This document shows, piece after piece, positions 26,600 through 39,200 of a DNA stretch of 64,000 nucleotides. This stretch comes from Hydrolagus colliei (Eukaryota), in the NCBI GenBank assembly GCA_035084275.1, contig CM068758.1, positions 248,001 through 312,000 on the forward strand, read 5' to 3'. A model generated the notes under the pieces. The model did not search any database and was not told the origin of the DNA. It saw only the letters and a list, made by a program, of their open reading frames with translations. The position numbers were made by a program, and so were the translations under genes. The stretch's first letter is position 1. Every line of letters starts with the position of its first letter.

Positions 26600-27433
26600 C
26601 TTTGCAGTCTGCAAAACAAACAAAAAAAACTAAGAATTATACTACTGTACTAACATGCAGTTTAGTTTTGTTTGGGAGTGTTGACAGCAGCAAGGAACAT
26701 GTTATTTACCCCCTCCATTAAACACATCCGCTAACAGCTCCCAAATACAATACTGAGAAGAAAAATTCAGATGGCAAATTGGCTATTTTGTAGGAATAAA
26801 AACACTAATTGTTTAAGGGTACAAGCAAGATTATTTGCCGTTAAAAGCTAGATAAACACAAAAGCACAGCTTGAGTGTTAAACTAGTAGAACAATTTCAG
26901 ACAAAGTGTGCATTCCAGGTACAAGCTAGATAAGCTGTCTTAGTCATTTAAAATGACATAGCAAATATTACTAACAGAAATTAGAACTGCCCACATTCTC
27001 AAAGGTGTGTGAGTGTGTGGGAGGGTGGGTGGGGAAGAAGGAAAACTATAAATACAAGTTGTTTTTGTTACTAGAGAGAAAGTAAAAAAAAACACATACA
27101 CAAGTCAGGCCAAGGAATCTAAATCTTTGTTAATATTTAAGGAGCTCAATTTCAATGTCCAGACACAGCCTGAACTCTGCAAACCAAAGCCCTAGGAGTT
27201 AAGGTATATTGTGTCGTCCCCCCACCCCCCAACCTGGCTGTATTATACTAGAACTTACCCATATAATCACAGTGAAACTTCTAGGCTACACCATAAATAT
27301 AGTGAAATTTAAACAAAATTATTCTTTAAAAAATCTTGCACAACACATTCAGAGTGGGTTTAAACCACTACAGACAATTCATCTGGAAAAGGTAGTGGGT
27401 GAGGGGAAAACCCAATTGTAAGAACACACTCAC

Positions 27434-27560
27434 CTGTTGGTTGCCTCTGTGCAGGTAACTCCCCCCCCCCCCCCCCCCCAGCTGTTTAAATGTCCTGGGC
27501 TCTGGTCTGTCTGTCAGTCACTGTGGCTGAGGGTTCCAGAGCAGCACCCACCCAATCAGC
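27434..27560 (-). promoter_or_regulatory. Putative KPNA7 promoter and short non-coding exon 1
   Basis: Strong donor CAG|GTGAGT with the exon ending at 27434. TTTAAA TATA-like element near 27485, E-box CAGCTG at 27479, CCAAT near 27552. The ATG exon has an acceptor, so an upstream exon is required. Confidence 0.45.
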
Positions 27561-28654
27561 TCAGCCCAAATCACTGTCATTCTACAGACTTTTAGAATTG
27601 TGCAATAACACTAGATATATAGCTCAGACCAACACTCTCTGGAACTCGGTTGCTGGAGTCCCTCTAACTTGCTCCCTCTCTCTCTGTTTGAGGTCTGAAA
27701 GGCTCTATACAAATGTAATTTTGTTGTTGTTGTTTGTTGTTGTTTTTAGACCTACCTACCTACCACTTTGACTCTGTGTTTTGGTCACCCTTCTCCTCAC
27801 CTTTACCCTTTGTTCCTCCAGCTTGGATGCCAAGCCAATATTATTAAGCGTCTTTTGACATCCTCCCAACATGAAAGGTGCTGTGTAAATGTAAAATAGT
27901 ACTGTTTTGTAGGCCTGATCATAAAAAAAAAAGTTCATTTATCTCTCTAACCGTACATAATAATCACTAGATATTACAGGAAATCATGTGAAACACATTC
28001 TTTGTTCGTCTGATGTGAAAAGCGCTATATCAATTGTATGATATTTTTCATATATAATTCTCAAACTAGATCGGTTCTGGCCTGTACCTGTGCTGTATCA
28101 AGCTGTGTAACTCAGTGTAAATTCCCTTCACCTTGCCCTTTGACGCTCCTCATACAAAATTCTCCTAAAACCCTGGGTCTTTGACTGTACCTTTGATGGA
28201 CACACTTAAATTCTTCATTCTTGACCCCCCCCCCCCCCCCCCCCCCACTCCTTATCGTCCCCGTGAAGTTCCTTTGAGTCGCACATCATAGATGAAAGGG
28301 ATGCCACAACCATAGATTGTTATTGTTGATAGGACGCACCTTACATGGTGACTCACCTGAAATGGGAGCATTTACTACATGGCAAATCATGTCTAGACCT
28401 GTGTCTTTTCATTTTACCTCACAGTGTTTTATAGCATCAATGTACCTTGTAAAAATTCATCTCAGTTTGCTATCAGGGTCGCAGAGACTGGTGAGAAATC
28501 TTCAGTTGTTCGGTTTTAAGTGGATCCAATTGATGGTTATAGTCTGTGCGTAATCTGAAATATAGTTAACATATCTGATCCCCTCAGGGCGAATGCTCCA
28601 TAATGAGTGGTTGTCAGTTTGAGGGAAAGTATCCTGTCAGGGGACAAAGATCGC

Positions 28655-28840
28655 AGCTTATTTTTACACATTATCATCATTAATTAGAACTGAAGGGATT
28701 CAAATCCAACTGGAGAATGGTTCTAAAAATAAGGCACTTAAAGACACGGACTAAATAGCACATAGGACCGGCCTGTTCTTCAGAGAAAGGCTACCCTGGC
28801 CGCCAGGGAGGCTTGCAGCTGCGCGTACATTCCTACTGTT
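28655..28840. promoter_or_regulatory. Putative muscle enhancer (MEF2, E-box, MCAT)
   Basis: CTAAAAATAA 28723-28732, TTATTTTTAC 28658-28667, CAGCTG 28816-28821, CATTCCT 28828-28834. Confidence 0.5.
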
Positions 28841-31800
28841 GAAAGACAGCAACGGAACATGTTTCAACACATTACAGCAAATAACATTATTGACATTTTA
28901 ACAAAAATCTCCCATCACCCAAATCCTATCTCTCCTCACTATTGTTTCTTTCGTGAGTGAACCTTACCAAGCTGGAGGGAGAAGAATGTTTGTGCAAAGA
29001 ATACCTTTCCACTTTTTCAGCCCAATACACTGTACACTAAGCGGTACTCAGTGACCTGCAAGATGCAATCCTATAGCTCAGCTTACACTTTTAATTCCTC
29101 CTAATTGGATGGGTCCAGCTGTCAACACTTGTACAAAGAATATTTTCTTTCCATTATTACACTCTGCCATTTACAGACAAATTCACAGACTTTGCTTGCT
29201 ATGTGCCAGTTAAGTATGTCATACAAGATTGCTACATAAGTGTGTTTGCATGCATGTCAAAATAACAGCGAGTAAGGACTAAGGTGAAAGACCAATTCTT
29301 ATTTGCTTGGGAACTTAAATTATTGCTACCTAAGCAGTGCTTTAAAATTACTGTTAAGATTTTGCTTTGAATTCTGACGATGAATATGGTCGATCAGACA
29401 GCAGGATCTGGGGAGAAAATCTTATTCACAAACGACTGGATATACTTGAGAGGTATAAATTCTGCTTTGAGCTAGATTTACTGTACTGAAATAGTGTTTC
29501 AGAGTACGGAGAATTTTGGTAAATTGTTGAAGTCTGTTTTAACCTTGAACTCCTTTTCCTGTAATTCTTAAAAGAAACTTACAGAAAACCAACTTCAAAA
29601 TTAAAGTTTGTGCTTAAGAATAAGGAAAATCTGGACTCCCTGAAATGCCACTTTAATGGAGTAAAATCTATCAATTGATTTATTTCTTAGTGAAATTAAT
29701 TATTATGCTGACTATATATGTTAGAGGAGCAGGTTTAAAGTGCTCACTATATTTCAGTAGAGCAATGCATTCATTTTCTAACATACCTGATGTTAATAAT
29801 AATAATATTTAGATGGTACATTTATATAACAGTGTTCATGTAGAAAAAAAAATCTTGAATCCATACAAATTATAATTGATTCCAAATTAAGTGATATTTC
29901 TTGTTAGAGACAAACACAGCAGCTAATCTGCTGCAGCATTACCTCACACACAACAAAGAGACAAACGGGAAAATTAATTTGAATCTGGGGATGAGGAGGG
30001 AAATGCAAGATGAGCTAAACTGTTTGATAATTCAGGTAAGATGCCCTACATAAATTTCTCACCCAACCTGGTTTCTGATTTAGGTCATACAGTACTCAGA
30101 AGCATGTACAGTAATTAAAATTAAAAATGAGACACTCAGAAAGAACATAAAAATTGCTAGCCATCCAGTTCGCCTTCTACCAGCCTGACCTCCTGTGTCC
30201 TTGTCATGTCCCAAACTATATGCTGTATCCCAATATATAATTTCCTAACAGAAATCGATGTAATTTGTTCTTGAAAACAAATCAACAGTTTCTTCTTCCA
30301 ATGACGCCCTAGGAGTAAAGTAAGCAGTCTTGGAACAGTCATGGCAATACTTAAAAAAAAAAGTGAGTGCTTATACACTTAAGTCTTTATTTCAAACAAA
30401 CAAGCTAGGATGTACTTGTTGAATAGAGGGATACACGGTAAAAGCTACTGAGAATTAGTTATAACACAAAGTGGTATCTGGATTGGGTTTCAATGTCCAT
30501 GTTTGGTTACAGAGTTCAGGGCAACACATGTCCATTAGTGTTATTCAATCCCTCGGAGAATAAACTGATCCTTCCTCCAGGACAGTTTAGAGCAGCTGAG
30601 TAATATAAACAGCACAAACATCACAGCTATTCTGATGTAATTGTGTTGTTGTTGTTGTCTGAAGGTGGTGAAAATATTAGCTGTGGCTTCCTCCCCCCCC
30701 CCCCCCCCACCCCCTCACTGGGGCACCTCCGGGCAAATTGATAAGGATCATTGCACAGACTGAATTGACTGTCCTTTTCTTCCATTGTTTGAGTTTTATT
30801 AGACCTACAATTAACCAATTTTCCATCAACTGTCCAAGCAATGTTTAGCTTGAGGTTCCTGTTGTGACCTGGCCTGTCCTACGAAGGTTTGCTCCCACGA
30901 TTCCCCACACGCCACACACACTGCACTTTACAGTAGAGATCAGACACGTAATCTACAGGTAAGAGAATTACATAACATCGCCAGTGGCTTTCTCTCATAG
31001 CTTCTAAACTGTTTGCTTCCCCTGATATTAATACTGATATACTGATATAAAACTGAGACTTGCACAGCAGTAAAAATCATTTTGTTTGATTTAGCACCTA
31101 TTACTGTATCTGGAAACATCGCCAAGTAATCACTATCAGGTGTAATGTCTGTGTATTTGTAGGCAAACATGGAAAACAATCTACAAACAGTGAAGTCCTA
31201 CAAACAGCTATCTGACCAATTTATCTGAAGGATTATTGGCCAGTACGCCAGTATAAACATTGCCGGGGGATCTTTAACGCCAGCTAAATGGACAGATAGG
31301 ACCTAATTTGTGTCTCCAAACTCAGATTCAGAACTAAAATTAAATCCATTTTGTAGAAGATAATCATACTGTAGATTGTTAGGAAGGTGAAGGTCCACTG
31401 AGGTCTGGATGGGAAATAAGGAAATCTCCGATTAGCCTTCAATGAATCCCAGTTATTATTAATTTGGCCCTCGTCACATTTCGGCTTAATCCTGATCAGG
31501 AAACGAAAACACCCAATCAGAGCCACAGCCACTGCAAAGTTGAACCACTGCGTCAAACTGGAATATTATTGTGCTGCTCAGCAGAATTGCACATGTTCTC
31601 AACATGCACCATTAGCAGCACAAAGAATGTCAGTCAGGAGGCTGGACATTCTAACCTTGAATAATCTCTGGAGGTAAAACATGAACCCTGCTGCTTTCCT
31701 GGCTTCCAGAGCCAGAATATTCTGCAATCTCAGGTGCTCGTGTGCATTCCAATGTCTTGGGAAGAGCAAAGGTTTGGGATCGGAGAACACCTTTGAGACT

Positions 31801-32267
31801 GGCATCTGATATTTGCTGTTGATTTTGTAAATGTATCAAATATTGATTTTTAAAAAAAAATAAAAGTACTCCCAACAATATGATCTTTCCATGAATGTCC
31901 TCACATGGATAATCAAAAACACACACATAACAACGTACAACATTGGATAGCAAAATGTACACACACAACAGAGAATATCGACATTTACACAACACTGGAT
32001 GTTGAACCTTGGCTTGTTAACTCTCTTTACAATGCATGGACATTACCTAAAGCTCTCGATTGCATTGGTTCATACTTGAAGGAGAAGGAACTCTTGGGAA
32101 CATATTAATAATCTTTGTATTTCACGTAGCGTCTTTTACATTAGAAGAAGTTCTCAAAACATCTCCCAGGATATGTTGTAAAGTACAGTGACCGTGTAGG
32201 TGAGCATGGCAGCCAACTTGCCCCCAGCAATGTCCTCACAAACAACGGTAAATTGAATGTCCAATCA

Positions 32268-32575
32268 GGAGTCCTGCAGCTCAGTGTTTACAGCACTCGC
32301 CTCGCAAGCTAGAAATCTGGGTTCAATTCCTGGCAGATCAGGGTGAAACCTTGGGCAAGTTTCCTTACTCCATAAGCCTGATAATAAACCCTCAAACAAA
32401 ATTGGTCGTTTCAATCCACGACTGTTTATGAGAACACTACTATGCGCAATTGGCTGCCACGTTTCACCCACAAATATACAGTCAATTCACTTTCTAGTAT
32501 ATTCTGTGAGGCGCTTTGAGGCATCTAGAAGACGTGAAAAGCCGCTATATCAAACTCAAAGATTATTATTATTAA
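32268..32575 (+). mobile_element. Full-length tRNA-derived SINE
   Basis: tRNA-like head, AAACCTTGGGCAAGTTTCCTTACTCC, Deu-like core, (ATT)n tail. Confidence 0.8.
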
Positions 32576-33249
32576 TCAATGCATACTCAACGCATGTGTA
32601 TAAAATATTAATCGGTGGCAAGTCACGGTCCTTGTACTACTGCGATGTGATGATATATCTTAGAATGAGATTCATGTGTGGCATCTTACATATCAAAGTG
32701 TGGCGTGCAGAGCATTGCCTATCTAAACAAATGGGATCTTAATCCAAACTCACTGTGTCTGCTTGTTTTAATTCTTGTTAGTTAAAAATTATTTGCATTT
32801 TTTTTAAAAAATTGGCAAAATAGCAAAGAGCAAAAATTTATTTCAATTTAAAAAACACTTTCTAAATATTTGGAAATTGGCAAAAGAAAACAGACCCCTC
32901 TTTTTCACCCACAAAATATAGTTAATTTACTTCATAGTATATTCTGTGAAGCACTTTAAGACTTCTCGAGAACAGTTGCTATACCAAAATGCAAGGATGA
33001 TTAACAGTATTTTTTCCCACAAAACATACATGAATCGGGTGAACTTTTCCAAAGGTTTGTAAGGTGATGATTGATATGTTGGGGAGAAGGATGTTCTCGG
33101 TGGCTGAAGTCAGGGGCAATTGGAGTAAGTCCAAGCGTTTTGACGTATGCATTGCAAGGTTTTGTGTAATTTGTTAATGTGACATGAATAGAATAAAAAT
33201 CATAACGGTGGGTTATATTAAGTGTTAGCTGAGAGCTTTGCAACACCAA

Positions 33250-33479
33250 GCTGCTCCCAATATGGACATAACTGAATTGTAGAACTCCCAAGAAACATGA
33301 CCTAAATGAACCATCCACCGAGACCTCCAAGTTAGGCCAATCAGAACCATCCTGGGTCATGCCAAAAGATTTTTTCTAACTACTTGTTTTAATAATTATT
33401 GTTTCCTCTAGGGAAACTGAAGAAGATAAAAGGTGGGATCCAGAGTGTTGTTTCACAGCAGCTTTTGTTTCTAACTCTG
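33250..33479 (+). promoter_or_regulatory. Putative MYH16 promoter and non-coding exon ending at 33479
   Basis: CArG-like CCCAATATGG 33256-33265, GGCCAATCAG around 33337, GATAAAA 33425-33431, donor CTG|GTAAGT at 33480. An acceptor at 33411 allows the alternative reading of an internal non-coding exon 33412-33479. Confidence 0.45.
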
Positions 33480-34259
33480 GTAAGTCCTTTCCTATTGACT
33501 TCTTGACTGCTTTAAAATAAAATGTCTTATTCTTTTCTACCCAAAGGACAACTACGTTACAATTCAGATCTTACAGTAAACGAATGGGCTGTCATTTCAT
33601 TTGAAGAGAAAGGTGTTCAAAGATTACATTATATTATTTCGCACACACACACACACAGACTCATAGAAGCAAACACTTAAAGGAATAAGATATGGAAAGA
33701 CACAGAGTGGAGTACAATTCTTTTAGTTTGTTCAAAGAATATTAGTGGCGGATAATAAATATTTTAATAGCTCTGTATGTTTCTCTAATTAGTGGTTGCA
33801 ATATTTAGCAGCTACATCAATAATTCATTGTAGGTTGCATAAGATAGGATTGAAAAGGGCAAAGAAAATGCACTAAATTTGAATGAATAAATTGTCCTTT
33901 TTAATTATCGTTCAACTTTCTTCATTGCTGTGCAATCCTGTTTGTATTGCACTTTAAGATTTGGCAGCTAGTTTCAGTCTTGCAATTGATGAATTTGTTT
34001 TGCTGGCCATTTAGTTAACACTTAATTAGGTCAGATTCTGATATTGAGACGTCGATAAGATGTGGAAAGCTCTATATAAATGTAAGGATTATTATCATAT
34101 AATAATCCCTCAAAATAAAATCGTCACAAAATCTTCCACTGGGTTAGTGGAAGATTACTGTGTGCAATTGCCTGCCGTGTTTTACCCACAAAATGCACTG
34201 GGAATCAACTTTACAATACATTCTTTGAGAAGTCTCAACAACAATACACTATAGAAAGG

Positions 34260-34765
34260 ATGTCAAGGCATTGGAAAGGGGGCAAATAAGGTTTACTAGA
34301 ATGGTACCAGGATTGAGGGACTTCAGTTATGGGGAAAGGCTAGATAGGCCAGGTTTATTCTCTTTAGAACAGAGAAGGCTGAGAGGAGACCTGATAGAGG
34401 TTTATAAAATCATGAGGGGATTTGACAGAGTGAATAAGGAAAAACTGTTTCCACTGGTGGGCGAATCTGTGACTCGTGGTCACAGATTTACAATAGTTTC
34501 AAAACGAAGCAGAGAGGAGCTGAGGAGAAATGTTTTCACTCAGCGGGTTGTTTGAATCTGGAATGCATTGCCTGAAAAGGTGGTGGAGGCCGATTCGATA
34601 ACAGCTTTTAAAAGAGAATTAGATCTTTATTTAGGGAGAACAGGTCTGTTAGGTTATGGGGAGAGAGCTGGACAGTGGGATTGAGTTGCTCTTTTCAAAG
34701 AGCTGGCACAGACTAGATGGGCCGAATGGCCTCCGTTTGTGCCGTATCATTCTATGATTCTATGA
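34260..34765 (+). mobile_element. CR1 LINE 3' fragment
   Basis: ORF2 C-terminus LFSLEQRRLRGDLIEVYKIM and (ATTCTATG)n tail. Confidence 0.88.
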
Positions 34766-36075
34766 CTACACGGAGCTATGTCAAATGCAAGGATTATTAT
34801 CATGTAATTATTATTATTATTTCTGATAGTTTTCTTGCAAGTAGAGCACATGGAGAAAACGCACTTACACAATGATCCATATCAGGAAACATAGGTTGCA
34901 CATCCATCTCTTTACCTGCGCCATTGTCATCAGAGGTTTTTATCAAAGGCTCTGAGCAGGGATTGTGGTGAAATTTGAGTCAATGATTTCACTTATATGC
35001 ACCTTGTGTCCTGAGATTTTCCCGTTAGAGAAGGAACAGCAGGAGGAGATTCTCAGCCCCGGTATTGCCTAAACATTGAGATATTCCAGTGGAAATATAG
35101 ATATAGATATGAAAATCGATCTGTGTTACTTTCAACGAAAGACGTGACAGGTGAAATCTACCATTTAGTCACAATGCCTGGGTACGAGTTCTGCCCTAGG
35201 ACCTCTGTGAAGTTAAAATGTCTTTTTTATGACTAGAATCAGAATAGTAATGACATGAAGTGCTGAGCAGCAACTTGGCATGATAATAAAACTTACTTTT
35301 AATGGAGGAATGAACAATATGCATGGTAAGGTGGATTGAACTTAATAATAATCCTTGCATTTGATATAGTGCTTTTCACGTCTTATCAACGTCTCAAAGC
35401 ACTTCACAGAATATACTGTAAAGTCAATTAACTGTATATTTTGTGCGCGAAATGCATATTTTGTAATTGTACTTGTTGTTTGATCTATTTAGATACCCTT
35501 TCTTCCTCCATCCTTTTTATGTCTCTAACTTTTGGATAAGGACTCGGGCCAAATTTTTATCAGAAATCTCAGGGGGCTGAAATTTCTCAAGGTCTTAGCC
35601 TTGTGGTGTTTCATAATCCATCCTTTGCTTAGATAATACAATTAATTAATTAATTCAAGGAATATATTCCAAAACGCTGCAAACTTTACCATATATGTGT
35701 AATTCTGTTGGTGTTGTTGTTGTTGAAATTAGGAACTGAACAGTGTTATAGAAAAGTCTTAAACTCTCACTTTAATTTGGATGCTGGTTTTCTGCATTTA
35801 GAAAGAAACGACTTCCAAGTTAAGGCTGAATTTAAGAATTCTCAAAATTTCCACACAATCCAAAGTTTATTGGCCTCAAACATAAGACCATGAGGGATTT
35901 AGAAATACCATGACATACCACAATAGTTCAATCCGACTGTTTCTGTCGCAGGAATATGGTGAACTTTCTTTTCTGTGTGTAAATATGATCTGCTTTTCTT
36001 TGCAGCCTTCCAGTGAGTGCTCTCTCTCTCTTTGTCCTCTTCGATCTCATCCGCTGCCCGTAAACCAAGTTCAGA

Positions 36076-36285
36076 ATGGCCGCACGTTACAAGGGCGAGT
36101 GCGGGGATGATGTTGACCCCATGATATATCTAGCTCCTTCTGAGAAGGAGAAGCGAGAAGTCATGACCAAACCGTATGACATTAAAAAGTCCTGTTGGGT
36201 CGTTGATGCCAAAGATGGTTTCATCGAAGGTGAAGTCCAGTCTGACAGTGGAAACGAACTCACTATCAAGACTGTCAAGAACACT
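36076..36285 (+). CDS. MYH16: MYH16 coding exon 1
   Basis: [16 protein letters not shown]...KTVKNT; acceptor ends at 36005. Confidence 0.9.
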
Positions 36286-39200
36286 GTAAGTAAACAATAT
36301 CACCACTTCTCCGAAAGTATGTGTGGGTATGTGTGTGTGTTTGTGGGTGGGGGGAGTTGGGGTGTTGGTTGGGTGCTTTGCCCTAAGTATCTATCAAAGC
36401 TAAGACTCTGACAACTGATATTGGATAAAGATTTGATAAAGAGAGAAACTAATCAAAGGGAAGTTGATTAGGATATATCGCTCCAGTGGACTATGTTTTC
36501 AAGTACATAGCACCAGTATAGCCTTAATAGGCCCAATGCCTATAATTTCTGTGTGAAGAACTGTAGGTGTTGGGTTGTACTTTCTCCCCATGGATCCCTT
36601 ACCATTGCAAATCGTCGTTGCTTTTATATTTGTTTTCAGACCGTGACCATAAAGAAAGACGATCTCCAGCAGATGAACCCACCCAAATTTTACCAGGCCA
36701 ACGACATGGCCAACCTCACCTTCCTGAATGAGGCCAGTGTCCTGGACAACCTACGCCAGCGTTATATGATGATGCGAATTTACGTACGTTCAAATTATCT
36801 CTCAAGCATAAGTCATGCAAAATTGGCAAGTTATTGATTTTTTCTCTCAATAGGATTCCCAACTTCGGGAGTTCCCTCCTTCGTTCCCTGTGGCCCAACC
36901 CGCTCTCTAATTGTCTTCAATTCCTGCCTCAAAACCTACCTCTTCAAGGGTGATTATGGTCACCTCATCCATCCCCCCATCTCTTCCCCTCTAACTCAGG
37001 ATCCATCCCTGACACTGTGAAGTGCTCTGAAGCATTATTCTACTTGAAAAAGCCCAATATAAATGCAAGTTGTTCTTATTCTTCAACCAGTAGGGAAACC
37101 AGTCACTTAATCATGACAAGAATGGCAACATATTATTACAGTAACCTCTGAACCAACAATAACCATTATTATTTTTATTTGACTATTGCGAATGGTTTTA
37201 CGTTAAATGTGATACAAGATTCATACTTTGGTTTTTAGGAAACGCCCCCCCATTGTTGCTGTGAACGTCTATATTTTTAAGGTTCAATTAAAATGGTGAT
37301 GGTATAGTATATCTTTATTTTTAAACAGACCTACTCTGGGCTGTTCTGCGTGACAGTGAACCCCTACAAGTGGCTGCCCATCTATGGTGGGAGAGTGGCT
37401 CAGATGTACAAGAGCAAGAAACGTAGTGAGATGCCTCCTCATCTCTTCTCCATCTCTGACAACGCCTACCACGACATGCTGATGGGTAAGAGAGACTTGG
37501 GCGCTGAGCAAGATGGTTTGTTGTGTGTCACACAGAGGGTACGTGTCAGGGAACCACTATAAAGTTCAAGTACTTATTAAGAGGGTGGAATTGACTAAAT
37601 AACATCCCAAGTGTTAATGTCATCTGTGTGTTATGGCATCACGTCATTTTGTTAGATAAACATTGTGCTGACCGGATTGTGATAATATTTCCTATTTGCA
37701 CATAAGCCCAGATGTCTCTATGTTTGGAGCAGTAAATTAGCTCCTGACATCTCTAACGTATGGCTTTTTAAAAAATAAAAAAAATACTTGTGTTGGTATA
37801 GAGCCCTCCGTGTCAAAATTCTCAAATGAGTTACATCTTGAGAGTGAAGTCATTGTGTAATGTAGGCAAGAGCAGGATTTAGCTAACATGCGTCTGAATA
37901 GACAAGTAAGGGCAGTGAGATAAATGATCAACGCAGCTGCCCTTTTGGGTTTTATTCAGGACCTGATAATGGCCAGGGCATTGACTGGAATGTTTCATTT
38001 TCCATTCCAGGGAGAGAAACAAGCATAATATCATAATTGTGCTGTTTGAATCACATTTCCATCCAACTGGGGTGGGGTGGGGTGGGGTATGGGGGGGTGG
38101 GGGGTAGGGGGAACAATTAATGGCTATGAGCAGGGAAGCTGAGAGCCACATTTCATCTGCCTCCCCAAAGTTACAGGCAGCATTCAGTGAAGGGATTAAG
38201 ATTGGACCTGAATGTTTTGTTTTGGAGGGATGCCAATTTGAAAAAAAATTGTTAAGCCTCTCTACACCGTTTTCTGTGTGTCAAGTTTCTAAAACTCATC
38301 CATTTCCTCCACAGAGCGAGAGAATCAGTCCATGCTCATCACGTGAGTCAGTTTTGTTTGTTTCACGCGATCCACGTTGTTTCCGATCCTTGAGTGATGT
38401 GTGCAAAACTGTTTTCTGCTTATTAGTTCGGAGACCGCACTGTGCAGAGAGCAGTTTCAGGAATTGGTCAGGCTTTTTCTGCTCCAGATGTAGTTTCTGG
38501 TGTGTTCCCTAGAACCGATTTTAAAAAGCTGGAGCTGACATTTGAAGGATTTATTCAGTTTCCCCCGCGCCTGAATTAAAATAAACGCTTTCTCTTCCTT
38601 ACAGCGGAGAATCTGGTGCAGGCAAGACTGAGAACACCAAGAAAGTCATTCAGTACTTTGCTAACATTGGTGGCACTGGAAAACAGGTCACCGACGCAAA
38701 GGTAAGACAAGAACTGTGTAACTAATAATAATAATAAAAAATAATAATAATCCTTGCCTTTGATATCGCGGCTTTTCACATCTTATTGACGTCTCAAGGC
38801 GCTTCACAGAATATACTGTAAAGAGAATTGACTGTATATATATTTGTGGGCGAAACACAGCAGCCAATTGCGCAGAGCAACGTCCCCCACACACAGAGTC
38901 TTGGGTTGAAATTACCAATTTTATTATTGTGGTTTTTGGGGATGGATTATTATTAGGTGTGTGTGTGTGTGGAGTAAGGAAACTTGCCCAAGGTTTTGCC
39001 CTGATCTGTTTGGATTCGAACACAGGTCTCACGCTTGTAAGGCGAGCGCTCTAACCACTGAGCTACAGGTGGTTCTAAATGTGTTTTAGAAGCAGCAAGC
39101 TTAATCTCCCGCCCAGTTTGCTGCTGCCATATTATCAACCAACCTACAGGGAAACAACCCCGGTATTATCTCTTTACCTTTCAATGGTTACAGGTTACAG

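Noticed and set aside
28795-28815. CTCF site TGGCCGCCAGGGAGGC
   Set aside because: Mismatches at key 3' core positions.
30590-30612. E-box plus TATAAA as the MYH16 promoter
   Set aside because: No convincing downstream donor or supporting motifs; the 33.3-33.5 kb region fits better.
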